This document shows, in pieces, positions 42,703-56,230 of a stretch of DNA of 64,000 nt. The notes below the pieces were generated by a model. That model was not told the DNA's origin, ran no database searches, and was given only the letters and a program-made list of their open reading frames with translations. How positions within the stretch are numbered: position 1 is the first letter of the stretch; each line of letters opens with the position of its first letter. This DNA comes from the human T2T-CHM13v2.0 reference genome, Homo sapiens. A program made the position numbers and the translations under genes. The DNA is taken from the NCBI RefSeq assembly GCF_009914755.1, contig NC_060931.1; one strand, given 5' to 3'.

Positions 42703-42750
<48 letters not shown>
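42703..42750 (+). repeat. (AGAT)12 tetranucleotide microsatellite, followed by a GA-rich tract to ~42930
   Basis: 48 bp perfect AGAT array counted directly. Confidence 0.97.
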
Positions 42751-43057
42751 GATGGATAGGTAGAGAGAGAATGTGTGTGTGAGAGAGACAGAGAAAGAGA
42801 GAGAAAGAAAAAGAGAAGAAACAAAGAAAGAAAAAGAGAGGAAACAAAGACAGAAAGAAAAATAAAGAAGGAAAGAAAGAAAGAAAGAGAAAAAAAGAAA
42901 GAAAGAGAAAGAGAGAGAAAGAAAAAAAATACTGGGCAATAAATAATGAGTAACACTTAAGTATTGATATGGAATGAGCTCCAGGATATACTATTACATA
43001 TTTTTTTAAGTGCAGAAATAACAGTGTATGTATAGAGACTATCTCTGGAAGGACCCG

Positions 43058-43425
43058 TCTATGGTTTGAATGTCCTCTCCAAAACTCATGCTGAAACTTA
43101 ATTTCCAATGTGGCAGTATTAAGAGGTTAATATATTAGATTAATGAATCAATGTGTTATGATGAGAGAGAGGCTTGTGGCTTTATAAGAAGAAGAGGAAT
43201 CTGAGCTAGCATGTTATGTAGCACGCTCAGCCCCCTTAACATGAGATGCCCTGCACCACCTGGGGACTCTGCAGAGGGCCCCACCAGCAAGAAGGCTCTC
43301 AGCAGATGCAGTTCCCCAACCCTGTACCTCCCAGCCTCCATAAATGTAAGAAATAAATTCATTTTCTTTATAAGTTACTCAGTTTCAGGTATGCTGTTAT
43401 AAGCAACAGAAATCAAACTAAAACC
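43058..43425 (+). mobile_element. MST (MSTC-like) MaLR solo LTR
   Basis: CTATGGTTTGAATGTCC.CTCCAAAACTCATG.TGAAACTTAAT...CCCCACCAGCAAGAAGGC.CTC...CTGTTATAAGCAACAGAAA. Confidence 0.8.
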
Positions 43426-44739
43426 CCCAAGGAGCTGATGAGCGTGATCATCTCTAGTGATGGCTGGAGATGGGATGGGGTTTTTCACTGTACAGTTTTA
43501 AAACTAATTTCAAACCAAGTGAATTAAGTATTCAAATTGTAAATGAAATTAAATTAATAAAACATGTGGACATAAACAGAAGCAGGTGACTTTTCTCAAG
43601 GGTCCGTCTCATTCACCGTTTCTAAGGCAAGCCTTGGTAGTGATGCCTGCCAACCACCATGTTCCCTTCCTCCTCCTTCCTGGCACTCTCAGACACTCTG
43701 CTTTGATGCCCACCCCTTCAGTACCCTCACTCCCCATTGCAGTCGCCTGATCTGCAGAAGCACTATCCTGCCATCCTCCTTCCACAGACACCTTTCAGAT
43801 CCCTGGCACAGCAAACTTTTCTCTTGATGTCTGCCTAGGAAAGACATGGAAAAAAAAAAGACATCAATGGGAAGGCAATATGAAGATTTAATATTATAAG
43901 GAGGTACAGAAAATATATTGTAAAGATATCAACATTCCTAAATATTCCAATAGATTATTAAAATTCCAACTAAAACCCCACTCAAATCAGACTCTTTCCT
44001 CATCACTCCCATGAATCTTTTCCTTGATAAGGACACCAAGGATATTCCATTTGCTGGAATCCACTGACTTATCTGCAGCTTTGGATAAGGCTGATTAATG
44101 GCGGCTTTTCCCCTTTCTCTAGGACAATCACATCCCTCCCTTTTGGTGCCTCTGCTCCTTCCTCATCTCCTGGGTCTCTTCCCCTCGCAGGGCTCCAGGG
44201 CTCAAGACTCGATTCTCTTCTCCATGCCCTTTATATTCTCATCTAATCTCTTTATGATCTGGCTTAATCTCAAGACTTTAAATAGCAACTGTATATTAAT
44301 GATCCCAATTTTTACCTCTTGCCTGGAGCTCTCTCCTGAAAACCAAGCTCATATATTCAACCACTTGCTCAATACCTCCACTTGAAAGTCTAAAAAGTAC
44401 CTCAAACACAGGAGACTCTTGGGTTTTCTCCTTCCAAACCTCTCCTCCCTCTCTGTTTTTCATCTCAGTGAAGTCTCATCACCAAGTTGCTGTTCAAAAC
44501 CTTGGAGTCACCCTTGGCTTGTCTGTCCCTCACGCCCCTGATGTGATCTGTCAAGAATTCATGTCAGCTCTTTCTCCAAAGTACAAGCAGAATCCAATCA
44601 CACCTCTCTGCCTGCTCCACAGCTGCAAGCCAGTCCTGTGTCTCACCTGAACTATTGCAGCAGCCTCTTACCTGCCTTCCTTTCCTATTGGACACAACTG
44701 GAAGAAGGATCCCATTAAGACCAACTTGATGATGCATGA

Positions 44740-45093
<354 letters not shown>

Positions 45094-45168
45094 TGAAAAC
45101 ATTACAATAGCCTACCAAGGCCCTACAAGACCCCTCCCCTACATCATCCCCTTTCCCCCCCTCCCATT

Positions 45169-45187
45169 CCCCCCCCCCCCCCCCCCC
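45169..45187 (+). repeat. Poly-C tract (C19)
   Basis: 19 consecutive C counted. Confidence 0.95.
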
Positions 45188-46149
45188 ACTGAGCCACACT
45201 GGACTCCCTGCAGTTCTCTAGGTAAACAAGGTAGAGTCCTGCACACCGGGAAGGCAGCTCCTCCCAGACACACGCAGCCTTCTCGTTTAGCCCTTCCCTG
45301 AGCATCTTATTTAGGAGGTATCCGTCTCTGTTCCCCTTCCTTCATTTTTCTGCATAGCACCTATCCCATAATATCTATGAATACTGGCTGTTTACTGACA
45401 GTTTTTTACCCACTGGAATATGTGCTGGGCACTATTTTAATAATTTGGGGTTTGGACAGCAAGCAATGCCAAAGTCCGTCAACCATGTTCACGAATGCAC
45501 CTAAGACTGAGGCGTTCATTACACAAACGAAACGGCTTCACCTCGAACTGGAACGAGCTAAAGGCCATCTCCCACTCACTTTTCTCCCTAACCCCAAACA
45601 AGACCTAGAAACAAGGCAAATGTCTATTCTGCACAGGTCCACACCCCACATCTCCTGTGAGAGGTGACAGATCAATGAGCATTCGCGGCTTTCTTGAGTG
45701 GGACCAGAAGAGAATCCAGGCTACCTCTGGAGATAAAAAGGACTTAGTGGCTTCTGTGAATGAACAGCCTTGAGGACGCAGCCTCCTGAGGTGGCTCTTG
45801 GGTCAAGCTAACAGTCTGTTCAAGGCAGAGGTACTACTGCTGTGCCCTGGGTCAGGCAACATGCCAGAACCAGAACCCTGGGCTTGGAGATGATGGGGAA
45901 GGCGGTCCCGCAGGGGATTCGGCCTGCTGGAGTTCGCCAGCGAGCAGAGGGTCTGCATCCCCAGAACAGGCTTCCCACTGTTCCACCCCCTGAGCAGCCT
46001 TCGGTCCTGTGCAAAATCCAGCACTGACCAGCGCTGGTCCTTGAAACTGTCCCATGACACAGAATTTATCTTCATATTGACCTAGAGCTTGGGGTCTTTA
46101 GGTCTCCTAAAGCCAAGTAAAGGCCTTGCCTGAGTGAACACAGCCAGCT

Positions 46150-47650
46150 GAGCTCCCTGAGGCCCTGCAGTGTGGAGCCGCCAGCGTGCGTGTGGGCAGC
46201 TTCCCTTCCCGGCCCTGCAGCTCAGGGGCGAGTGTTTCCTCTGGAAGATGGGAGCTTCTCAGGGAAACTCGAGCCTCCGTGAGGTCGCCCTCGGATCAGA
46301 CGGGCTGTGGAACTGAGTTTTCGGGCTCCTGTGGGGCACTTCTCTGAGGACCTCTTAGCACTGTGTCAAAGGACCAGGTCTGCCTATTCACACTTCTTGG
46401 AGAATGAGTTAAATCTGGTGGCTTGGAGGGACGTTGGTGTGTCCCCTCCTACGAACCCAGGGATGGTATTTCCTGGATGCACTTCTGTGAGCCCCGCGCA
46501 GCCAGAGCAGGGGGTCCAGGTTCGCCGCGGCCGCGGGGAGCAGGGCGGGCCTGGTTGAGGCCCGCGCGGAGGCCCCGAGTCCGCAGGAGGGACCACTGTG
46601 CCCGGGCAGGCTGGCCAGGCGCCCTCGCTCAGTCCGCGGAAACCCTAGCTCAGAAAGACCCATTAGAGAGAAGGAGAAGGCGATCTCAGGGCTTGGCTGC
46701 GGAGTCACCGTGTCAGAACCTGGCCCTGACAGTGGGGCTGGGCGCTGAAGCCGCTCCTGCGTCCCGGCCCCGAGGGCTGAGGCACCTGCCCTTCCCTGCC
46801 GCCCACGGTGGGGAGACCCCAGCCAGATTCCAGGGCGACTTGTGCGACCGCTGGCTTCTGTGCCAGGTGCTGGGCAAAGCCACTGCAGACCACCTAATAA
46901 TTAGAAAAACAAATTCTAGAAACATCCCAAATTCAGAAAAGGAAAGGACGCAAAAGCATCCAATACCCCTGCCCCATCCCGCAGAAATCAACCCACCCTG
47001 GCCAGTGAGGCCTCCAAGTCCTCAAATAAGACAGAAAGATTTAAAATAAATAAACAAAAAAGTTCTGGGGCGGGGGAGGGGGAGAGCCAAACTGGTAAGA
47101 CAAAGCAGTGAGAAACCGAAGCTTATTAGCAAAGGCCGGGTAAAGAGCCAGGCAGTGAACTCTGGCCACATCGGAACTCACTGCCTCCCCGAGCACGGCC
47201 TCGGAGGCTGAGAGGCCTGGGAGGCAGGGCCGCGTCCTGCGGGCTCCACGAGAGCCCTGTGAAATGCCAGTCAGATCCTGGCCCAGTGCCCCAGGTCCTC
47301 CCGCAGCCTCGGCAAAGCCCTCCCCCGGCGCTGGAAACCTTCCCCTGCCAGGCGCAGAAGGCCGCGCGCAAGCACGCAGCTCACAGTCACCGCCACCTGC
47401 TCTGAAACCCCAGGTTCAGCGCAGGATCAGAGTCCCCCATCCCCACCCCACGCGAAGGGACGCAGGATTGACAGCGACCCTGAAGAAATGCAGTCGAGAG
47501 CTATTGTGAAAGGGCGCTGGCCCGGAGGCCCCCCAGCCCGCGCAGGACAGGCCAGTTAATCGCCTTGGTCCCAGGCCCCTATTAGCGTGTCCATCTGCGA
47601 CAGCAGGACACGCCTTCCCATGCCAGCCGCTTTGGGGCCCGTGCGGCCCT
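46150..47650. promoter_or_regulatory. CpG-island-like element ~14 kb upstream of EGFR (candidate enhancer/promoter)
   Basis: Abrupt rise in GC and CpG density, NotI site GCGGCCGC 46527-46534, several CCGCGG sites, no recognisable repeat; function is inferred. Confidence 0.65.
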
Positions 47651-49057
47651 TTTTCCCTCGCAGCTGCTGCAACAAATAGCAGTTCTTTTGAGGGAAGGAA
47701 CAGTGTGGTCCTCAAAGTTCATAATGAGAAATCTTGGAGAAAAGTCATAGTTGCTAAGCTGCGCCATTGGAGGCTTGAAGGGTTCTTCTTAAAAAAATTA
47801 ATGACTAATTCTATGTTTTGATTGTTCATATGACGACTAATTAAAGGAGAAATCTAATGGGCTGGACTCCACTTCAGGCTTTTTTTGCTCTATCTGCATA
47901 TATGGAGCTGCTCACAAAACTTTCAGGGAAAGGAAAGAACAGTAACCCTTTAAGGGTTTTATATAGGCAACCTTTCAGCTGGAAAAAACGCCTGTGCAGA
48001 ATGGTTCTGGCAAGAATTCACCACGTGCCGGGTGCTGTCCCTGCATTATTTCAAGCCAGAGCAATCCTGTGTACAAACACGTACGCCAGTCCACAGAAGA
48101 TCACACAAGGCTGTTGCTTGGAGAGACTGAAAAAATATCATGTGCTCAAAGCCACAGTTAATGGCAAATGGCCCTGGCATTTTTGGGTCCCTGTTCATTT
48201 GGATACTCCATGTTATCTCGCTCTCCTCTCCACAAATACATAGAATGAGTGTGTGTACAACGAACATATTATAGAAATATATAATGTATGATAATATAAT
48301 GTATGTTTATATATTAAACAAAGTAATTTAATCTTAAGCGTATATAAAATATACCGTTTAAATATTTAACAAGGGGTTGACTACCTTCTTGTATACATTA
48401 AGGTGTGCTGTGATATGATGAGTGACAAACAACCTGCACCTCCCGTGAGCCTAATGAGGGGGTGTTTCTCTCTCTACACACCCATCGTTAGAATGCCACC
48501 TACGAGTCTGGCCCAAGGGGCTGCTCCCCTCCCTCTGTTCCCAGGCTGAGGAGGAGGTCGCTGGCCAACAAGAGGGAGGAGGAAGTGACCTGGGGAGGCG
48601 TGGCCTGGTTCAGGGAGCCTCTGCCCCAGAGTGACAGGAGTCCTACCATCAGCAGGTTATGCAAGCCTATGGCGGACTTCCAAGGACCGCCAAGAACCAT
48701 CCACCAATGGGGAGAAAAAACAGATGCTTCTGATCACAGAAGCAGTCTACGCTTCTCCTTTAGGCTACAATTAACTGGCCTCGGTGAGATTACTAAGAAG
48801 GAAAGGCAGCGCACACCTGCCAAATGATCTTAGCAGGTGACAAAACTAAATGCTACAATGTCAGAACAACTCCCTAATCTCCAGTGACACAGCAATTGCC
48901 CTAAATGCAGGCACTGAGGATTCCAATGCTTGTGTCACCACTAACTAGTTGTGTTTGACATTTATTTTAACTGTGGATAGCAAAACATCCTATTTTTTAT
49001 GGTGTTGAGAAACCAGTGAAATTATTGATTATGGAAGAGTAGAAAGACTTTTCGTCT

Positions 49058-49058
<1 letters not shown>

Positions 49059-49093
<35 letters not shown>
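49059..49093 (+). repeat. (AC)n microsatellite, (AC)14 perfect core 49065-49092
   Basis: Direct count. Confidence 0.95.
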
Positions 49094-49094
<1 letters not shown>

Positions 49095-51374
49095 CCCTGG
49101 TTAGCTTAGGTGACCTTTTGTAGATTGACTGTAAGTTCTGCAAAGGCAGGAACTAGTGAGTGACCCCATATATCCTGCCACCTCTGGCTCTTGATAAATG
49201 AGTGTTGAGTAAATGCCATTTACTCCAACTCTGAATTTTAATCAAATAGCCAACAACCCTGAAAACTCCTATGTGTTTTATTTTATTAATAAAATATTAT
49301 TTATTAATCCTTTGTCTCTTTGTGAAACAAGTAATTTGGACAAGGTGCTTACCTTGTCATCTAAAAAATGGCGAAGAACTATCTGTGAGGTCCCTCCCAG
49401 GTTTGTTTCAATGACTGAGGCTTTGTAAGCTCAGTCCCTTAAAAGTAACAACTGCAAGAATTTCTGCTGATTTTTTGGAGGGGCCCTAGAAACTCTAATT
49501 TTCCATTCAATTGCAGAAATAGAACACCAATTTGCTTTGGATTTCTCTAGCCCTGTCATTTTTAGCCTACATATTTTTGACCTTGCAGACCCTCCAGATT
49601 TTCTGCCATCTAAAAATGCCACTTGAAATCTAGCTTCTGGAGACCTCCTCTCAAAAGCGATTTATTTCCTTCTATAGTACATGTGGAAGCTTCATTCCCT
49701 CTGTTTATATTCCTTGTGAAAAAAATAAATAAAGTGACACAATTTTCTCAGTTGGTGACCTGCCTTGAGTTTCTCCTTGGAAGAATATAAGCTTGAGAAT
49801 AGGTCTTTGCTCCAGGACCTTTATTACATAAGATGAGACATAATTACAATAATTAAAATAATGAAATCAGACATAGCTAAAATGCTTCAAAATGTCTCTT
49901 TAGTTGTGTCCTAATAAGCACTCATTCTCACTTATTACAGTTTATAGACAAATTAGCCAGACAAAACTTGCTGCTTTGTAGGATTGGCAGTGAAGTTGAC
50001 TCCAGCCACCTTCCTAAACCTCCATCTCCTACCCCTGATTACCTGCAAAGCCAACTCATGTTCAACTCATGGAACATGGTCATTCCACATGTACCATAAA
50101 TTAATGGATAGATCCTTTTTTCTCTGTTCTGCAACAGAACTGAATTTGCTTCCAGAAATGTTTAACTGGTTTTTAGAAAGTCTGCCTATAAGGATAATCA
50201 TGAGCTGTGATAAACATTTGTGCTTGAATATTACTCCATATTTGAAATAGGCAATTTAAAGAGATGTCTATCATGATATATAATGTATTATGGCATCTGG
50301 ACAAAAACCTGTTAACAAAAACATATGTACACATATATGAGATGAGAGAGAGAGACGAATGAAGAAAGAAAGATAAGGAGAGGGGAAAAGCAGAGATAGG
50401 AAGCATACCTATAAAGTGGCACTATCATGATTTAACCACGGGGGATGAGTTACAAACTCTAATGCCTACAGTGACCTCACAGACCCATGAACAAGAGAAT
50501 CAGGATGGCAGCTCCAGCGTGAACTGGAGATCAAATGTACCTCCTAAAGAGGACAGTTACCATTTAGCCACCTGCCATCTTCCATGAAAGCAAACACAGT
50601 TAGCCAACAATTCCCATTTTCCGAGAGAAACACAAAGTCTACAGTTTAAATGTAAAACCTTCTGATTTTTAAGTGTTGCCATTAATTAAACTAAAAGGAA
50701 CATTGAATGGACTTCACAAAACTACATCTGTACCCTGAACTTGGTTTTCAGACCACCAGTTACAATCTCCAGGCTAGTGTTTCTAGTAACATCTGTCCCT
50801 GAAACAAGCTACAATACCTTGAACAAAATTATTTAAGCTCATTTGTAAAATTGTCACTAGGGGGGAAGCATTGTGAAGGATACAGAAACCTTCTATAAGA
50901 TCCCTCTGCAAAGTAATTAACAAACATCTCAACGATGCTGAAACTAGCATTCAAACATGCAGTCATGTTTTTTTATTGTTGTTGTTAATTCATAAACTTT
51001 ATTTTTAGAGCAGTTTTAGGTTCACAAAAAAGTTGTGCTAAAAATATAGAGAGTTTTTGTATACCCCTGTGCACACACATACATAGCATCCCCCCAAAAG
51101 TGGTGTCTTTTTACGACTGATTACCAACATTGACACATCATTATCACCCAAAGTCCATAGTTTATGTTAGGGTTCCCTCTTGGTGTTGTACATTCAATGG
51201 GTTTTTACAAATGTAAAATGACAGGTATCCACCACTGAAATATGGTATAGAATAGTTTATCAGCCCTAAAAATCCTCTATGTTCTGCCTATTCATCTCTC
51301 CTTCCCGCCAACCACTGGCAGCCACTGATCACCTTACCGTCTCCATAGATTTGCCTTTTCCAGAATGTCATATA

Positions 51375-51712
51375 TAGTCATGCATCACTTAACAATGAAA
51401 ATATGATCTGAGATGTGTGTCATTAGGTGAATTTGTCATTGTATGGTCATAACAGAGTGAACTTACACAAGCCAAAATGATATAGCCTACTATACATCTA
51501 AGTTATATGGTATAGTCTATTTTTCCTAGGCTACAGACCTATCTGACATGTTACTGTACTGAATACTGTAGGCAATTATAACATAGTGGTAAATATTTGT
51601 GTATTTAAACATAGAAAAAGTACAGTAAAATTATGGTATTATAATCTTATGAAACCACTATTGTATATGGGTGCCATTGTTGACTGAAATGTCATTACGT
51701 GGCACATGACTG
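51375..51712 (+). mobile_element. Tigger3a-like DNA transposon fossil inside L1
   Basis: TIRs TAGTCATGCATCACTTAAC / TTACGTGGCACATGACTG, ~340 bp, internal GGTATAG.CTA motifs. Confidence 0.8.
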
Positions 51713-54378
51713 CAGCAGGAATCATAAAGTATGTAGCCTTTTCAGATTGGCTTCTTTCACTTAGCAACATGCACATAAGTGTCCTCCATGTCAGTTCATG
51801 GCTTGATAGCATATTTCTTTTTAGCACAGAATAACAATCCATTGTCCACATGTACCATGGTTTATTTATCCACTCATCCACATGAAGACATCTTAGTTGA
51901 TTCTAAGTTAGGGAAGTTATGAATAAAGCTGTTATAAATATTCATGAGCAGATTTATGTGGACAACAGTGTTCAACTCATTTGGGTAAGTATCAAGGAGA
52001 GAAATCATTGGATCATATGGTAAGAGTATGTACACTTTTATAGGAAACTGCTAAGCTGCATTCCTAAGTGGCTGTACCATTGTGCCTTCCCATCAGCAAT
52101 GAATGAGACTTCCTATTGTTCCACATCCTCATCAGAATTTGGTGTTGTCACTGATCTGAATTTTTTCCATTGTAACAGATGTGTAGTGGTATCTCACTGT
52201 TGTTTTAATTTGCAATTTCCTAATGACATATGATGTTGAACATCTTTTTATATGCTTACTTGCCATCAGTGTATCCTCTGATGAGGTGTTTGTGTAGGGC
52301 TTTGGCCCATTTTTAAATCAGGTTATTTATCCTCTTATTATTAACTTTTAAGAGTTTAGTTCTTTGCATATTTTGGATAACAATCCTTTATCACATATTT
52401 CTTTTGCAAATTTTTCTCCAGTATATGGCTTGTCTTCTTCTCCTGGCATTGTCCTTCTCAGAGCAGAAGTTTTTAATTTTAATAAACTCCAGCTTATAAA
52501 TTATTTATTTCATGGATTGTGCCTTTGGTTTTGTACTTAAAAAGTCATTGTCATACCTAAGGTCATCTAGGTTTTCTCCTACGTTATCTCCTAGGTGTTT
52601 TATAGTTTTGCATTTTACATTTATATGTATGATCAGTTTTGAGTTAATTTTTATGAAGTGTGTAAGGTTTGTATCTACATTCATTTTTTGCATGTGGATG
52701 TCCATTTGTTCCAGCAATATTTGTTGAAAAGACTATACTTGCTCTATTGTATTGTGTTTCTTTTTTGTCAAAGATCAATTGACTAAATTTATGTGCGTCA
52801 GTTTCTGATCTCTCTGGTCCATTGATATATTTGTCTATTCTTTCACCAATACCACATAGTCTAGACTACTGTAGTTGTATATGTCTTGAAGTCAGGTAGT
52901 GTTGATCCTCCAATTTTGTTCTCCAATATTGAGTTGGCTATTGTGGGTCTTTTGCTTGCCCATAGAATCAATTAGTCAATATTTACAAAATAACTTGCTC
53001 GAACTTTGACTGGGATTAGTCTATAAATCAAGTTGGGAATAAGTGACATTTTGACATTATGGAGTCTTTCTGACCATGAACACAAACTATTGATCCATTT
53101 ATTTAGTTATTTGATATCTTTCACCAGAGTTTTTTTGTTTTTTTCTTATAGATCTTATACATATTTTCTTATATTCATACCTCAGTATTCCATTTCAGGG
53201 TGTTAATGTAAATGGTAATGTGTTTTTAATTTCAAATTCCCTTAGTTCTTTGCTGGTATATAGGAAAGTGATTGGCTTTTGTATGTTAACGTTGTATCCT
53301 GCTCACTTGCTATAACTGCTTATTAGTTCCAGGAGCTTTTTTATTGTTTCTTTTGGATTTTCTAAGAGACAATTACATTATCAGTGAACAAACACGATTT
53401 ATTTCTTCCCTCCCAATCAGTATTCATTTTATTTATTTATTGTGTGTTATTGCATTAGCTAGGACTTCTAATACAATGTTGAAAAGCATTGGTGAAAGGA
53501 AACATCCTTGCTTTGTTCCTGATTTTAGCTATAGGTTTTTGTAGCTGTTCTTTATTAAGTTGAGGATATCCTTCTCTATTCTTAGTTTGCTGAGAATTTT
53601 TATCATGAATAGGTGTAGGATTTTGCCTAATGTTTTCTTCTGTATCTATTGATATGATCATGTAATTTTTCTTTATCTATTGATATGATCTGTTGATGTG
53701 ATGAACTACATTAATTGAGTTTTCAAATGTTGAACCAGTCTTGCATATCTGGAATAAATCGGAGTTGGTCATCATGTATAACTTTGTTACACTTTGTTGC
53801 ATTTGATTTTGTAATATTTTCTTGAGAATTTTTACATCTATGTTCATAAAAGATATCGGTCTACAGTTTTCTTTCCTTTCTTGTAATATCTCTGTCTGGT
53901 TTTGCTATTAAGGTAATTCTGGCTTCACAAAATTAATTATGGAGTCTTCCCTCTACTTCTAGTTTCTGGAAGAGATTGTAGAGAATGGATGTAATTTCTT
54001 TCTTAAATGTTTGACGAAAATCAGCACTGATCTCATCTGGGCTTGGTGCTTTCTGTTTTGGAAGGTTATTAATTATTTATTCAATTTCTATAGTGGATAT
54101 AGGCCTATATTGATTGGCAATTTCTTCTTGTATGACTTTTGGTACATTCTATTTCAAGGAATTGGTTCATTTCATGTAGGTTGTTAAATTCGTGGGTATA
54201 GCTGTTCATAATATTCATTTATTATCCTTTCAATGTTCATGAGATCAGTAGTGATGTTCCTTCTTTCATTTCTGATATTCATAATTTGTGTATTCTCTCT
54301 TTGTTTCTTAGCCTGGTGAGAGGCTTATAAATTTTATTGATTTTTTGAAGAATCACTTTTTGGTTTTGCTGATTTTCT

Positions 54379-54409
54379 TGCTGGGATTATAGGCGTGAGC
54401 CACCACACT
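54379..54409 (-). mobile_element. Isolated 5' end (~30 bp) of an Alu
   Basis: Reverse complement AGTGTGGTGGCTCACGCCTATAATCCCAGCA. Confidence 0.85.
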
Positions 54410-54557
54410 CTTGCTCATTTTTTCTATTTTTGTTTTCCACACTTTTTCTGCCTCTGTGGATTTTACACAGCATTTTGTATAATTCGATTTCCTCTTTTTA
54501 GCATAGCAATTATTTTAGTCTTTAACTTTTTAAAATCAGTTGCCCTAGATTTTTTTC

Positions 54558-54856
54558 TCCCAACATTTTGGGAGGCCAAGGGGGGAGGATCACTTCAAGC
54601 CAGGAGTTTGAGACCAGCCTGAGCAACATAGCAAGGCACTATCTATACAAACATAATTTTAAAAAGTCCAGGCATTAGCTAGGACTGTGCCTGTAGTCCC
54701 AGCTACTCAGGAGGCTGAGATGAGAAGATCACCGGAGCCTAGAAATTTGAGGCTGCAGTGGGCTGTGATCATGTCACTTCACTCCTGCCTAGAAGACAGT
54801 TAGACCCTGCCTCTAAAATAAACAAGCAAATAAATAAAAAGAAAGGAAGAAAAGAA
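54558..54856 (+). mobile_element. AluJ-like body lacking its first ~28 bp
   Basis: Begins TCCCAACATTTTGGGAGGCCAAGG; A-rich tail 54815-54856. Confidence 0.9.
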
Positions 54857-54951
54857 GAGCAAGGGCAGCAAATAGAAAATAGTAATAAATATGGTAGCTA
54901 TTAATCCAACTATGTCAATAATTACCTTAAATGTTAGTGGTCTAAATATAC

Positions 54952-55311
54952 TGCAATGGACTGAATGTTTATGTCTCCTCAAAATGTATATGATGAAATG
55001 TAAGCTCCCAAAATGATGTTATCAGGGGAGAGTGTTTTTGGGAGGGGATTATGTCATGAGGGTGGAGGCCTTACAAATGGGGTTAGTGCTATAAAAGAGA
55101 CCACAGAGAGCTGCCTTGGTCCTTCTGCCATGTGAGGGCACTGTGAAATTATGGCCATCTATGAAGAAGTGGGCCCTTATTAGACATCAAATCTGCAAAT
55201 ACCTTGATCTTGAATTTCCCAGCCTCCAGAACTATGGGAAATAAATTTCTGTTGTTTACAAGTAAATCATTTTATGTTATTTTGTTACAGAAGCCCAAAA
55301 AGATGAAGACA
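54952..55311 (+). mobile_element. MLT1A MaLR solo LTR
   Basis: TGCAATGGACTGAATGTTTATGTC...GAAGACA termini; 5-bp TSD TATAC/TACAC. Confidence 0.85.
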
Positions 55312-55896
55312 TACACCAGATCACTCCATTCTCTTCTTGCTTGCATGGTTTCTGAGGATACGTTGGATGTAATTCTAATATTCTCTATAGGTATTTTCTT
55401 TATGGCTCCTCTACAGGTAAGGTGTTTTTTCCCTTTGGCTTCATTTAAGAATTTTTCGTTAACCTTTGATTTTCTGAAGTGTGAATATGTTATGCCTAGG
55501 TATCATTTGTTTGTTTGGGTTTTCTTGGCATATATCTTCCTGATGTTCTCTGAACTTCCAGAATCTGTGATTTGTTGTCTGACATTAATTTGGAGGAATT
55601 TTTGGTATTATTGCTTTAAATATTGCTTCTGCTCCTTTTTCTCTTTCTTTGACTTACAGTATTCCCATTACATGTAATTATCTCACAGTTCTTGAAAGTT
55701 TTGTTTTGTTCTTTTTGTTAGTCGTTTTTCTTTCTGTTTTTCAGTTTTGGCAGTTTCTGTTTACGTATCTTCAATCTCAGAAATTCTTTCCTCAAGCATG
55801 TTCAGCCCACTAATGTGTACTTCAAAAGTATTCTACATTTCTTTTACAGTGTTTTTGATCTCTAGAATTTTTAAATTCTTTCTTAAAACTTTCATC

Positions 55897-56113
55897 TCTC
55901 AGGAATTCAAGACTAGCCTGGGCAACATAGTGAAACTCTATCTCTACAAAACATTAGCCAGGTATGGTGATGCATGCCTGTAGTCAGAGCTACTCAGGAG
56001 GCTAAGGTGGGAGGATCACCTGAGCCTGGGAAGTTGAGGTTGCAGTGAGCCAAGGTCACGCCACTGCACTCTGGATTGGGCAACAGAGCCAGACCCTGTC
56101 TCAAAAAAAAGAA
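55897..56113 (+). mobile_element. 5'-truncated AluJ-like SINE
   Basis: CAGGAATTCAAGACTAGCCTGGGCAACATAG...AGACCCTGTCTCAAAAAAAA. Confidence 0.88.
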
Positions 56114-56230
56114 AAATTCCATGGCTCTGCTTACATTATCCATCTGATCTTACATGTTGCCTATTTTTTCCATTAAAACTCCTAGCCTATTAATCATAGT
56201 TTTTTTATAATTAATACTCCGATGTGATAA

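Noticed and set aside
42679-43108. ORFs rich in LSIY/F/S
   Set aside because: Translation of AGAT and GA simple repeats
46307-47767. ORFs up to 208 aa in the upstream CpG island
   Set aside because: Same GC-content artefact; non-ATG starts, no homology recognised
50852-50868. CTCF-like motif TGTCACTAGGGGGAAGC
   Set aside because: Two mismatches at informative core positions; cannot be supported without PWM scoring or ChIP data
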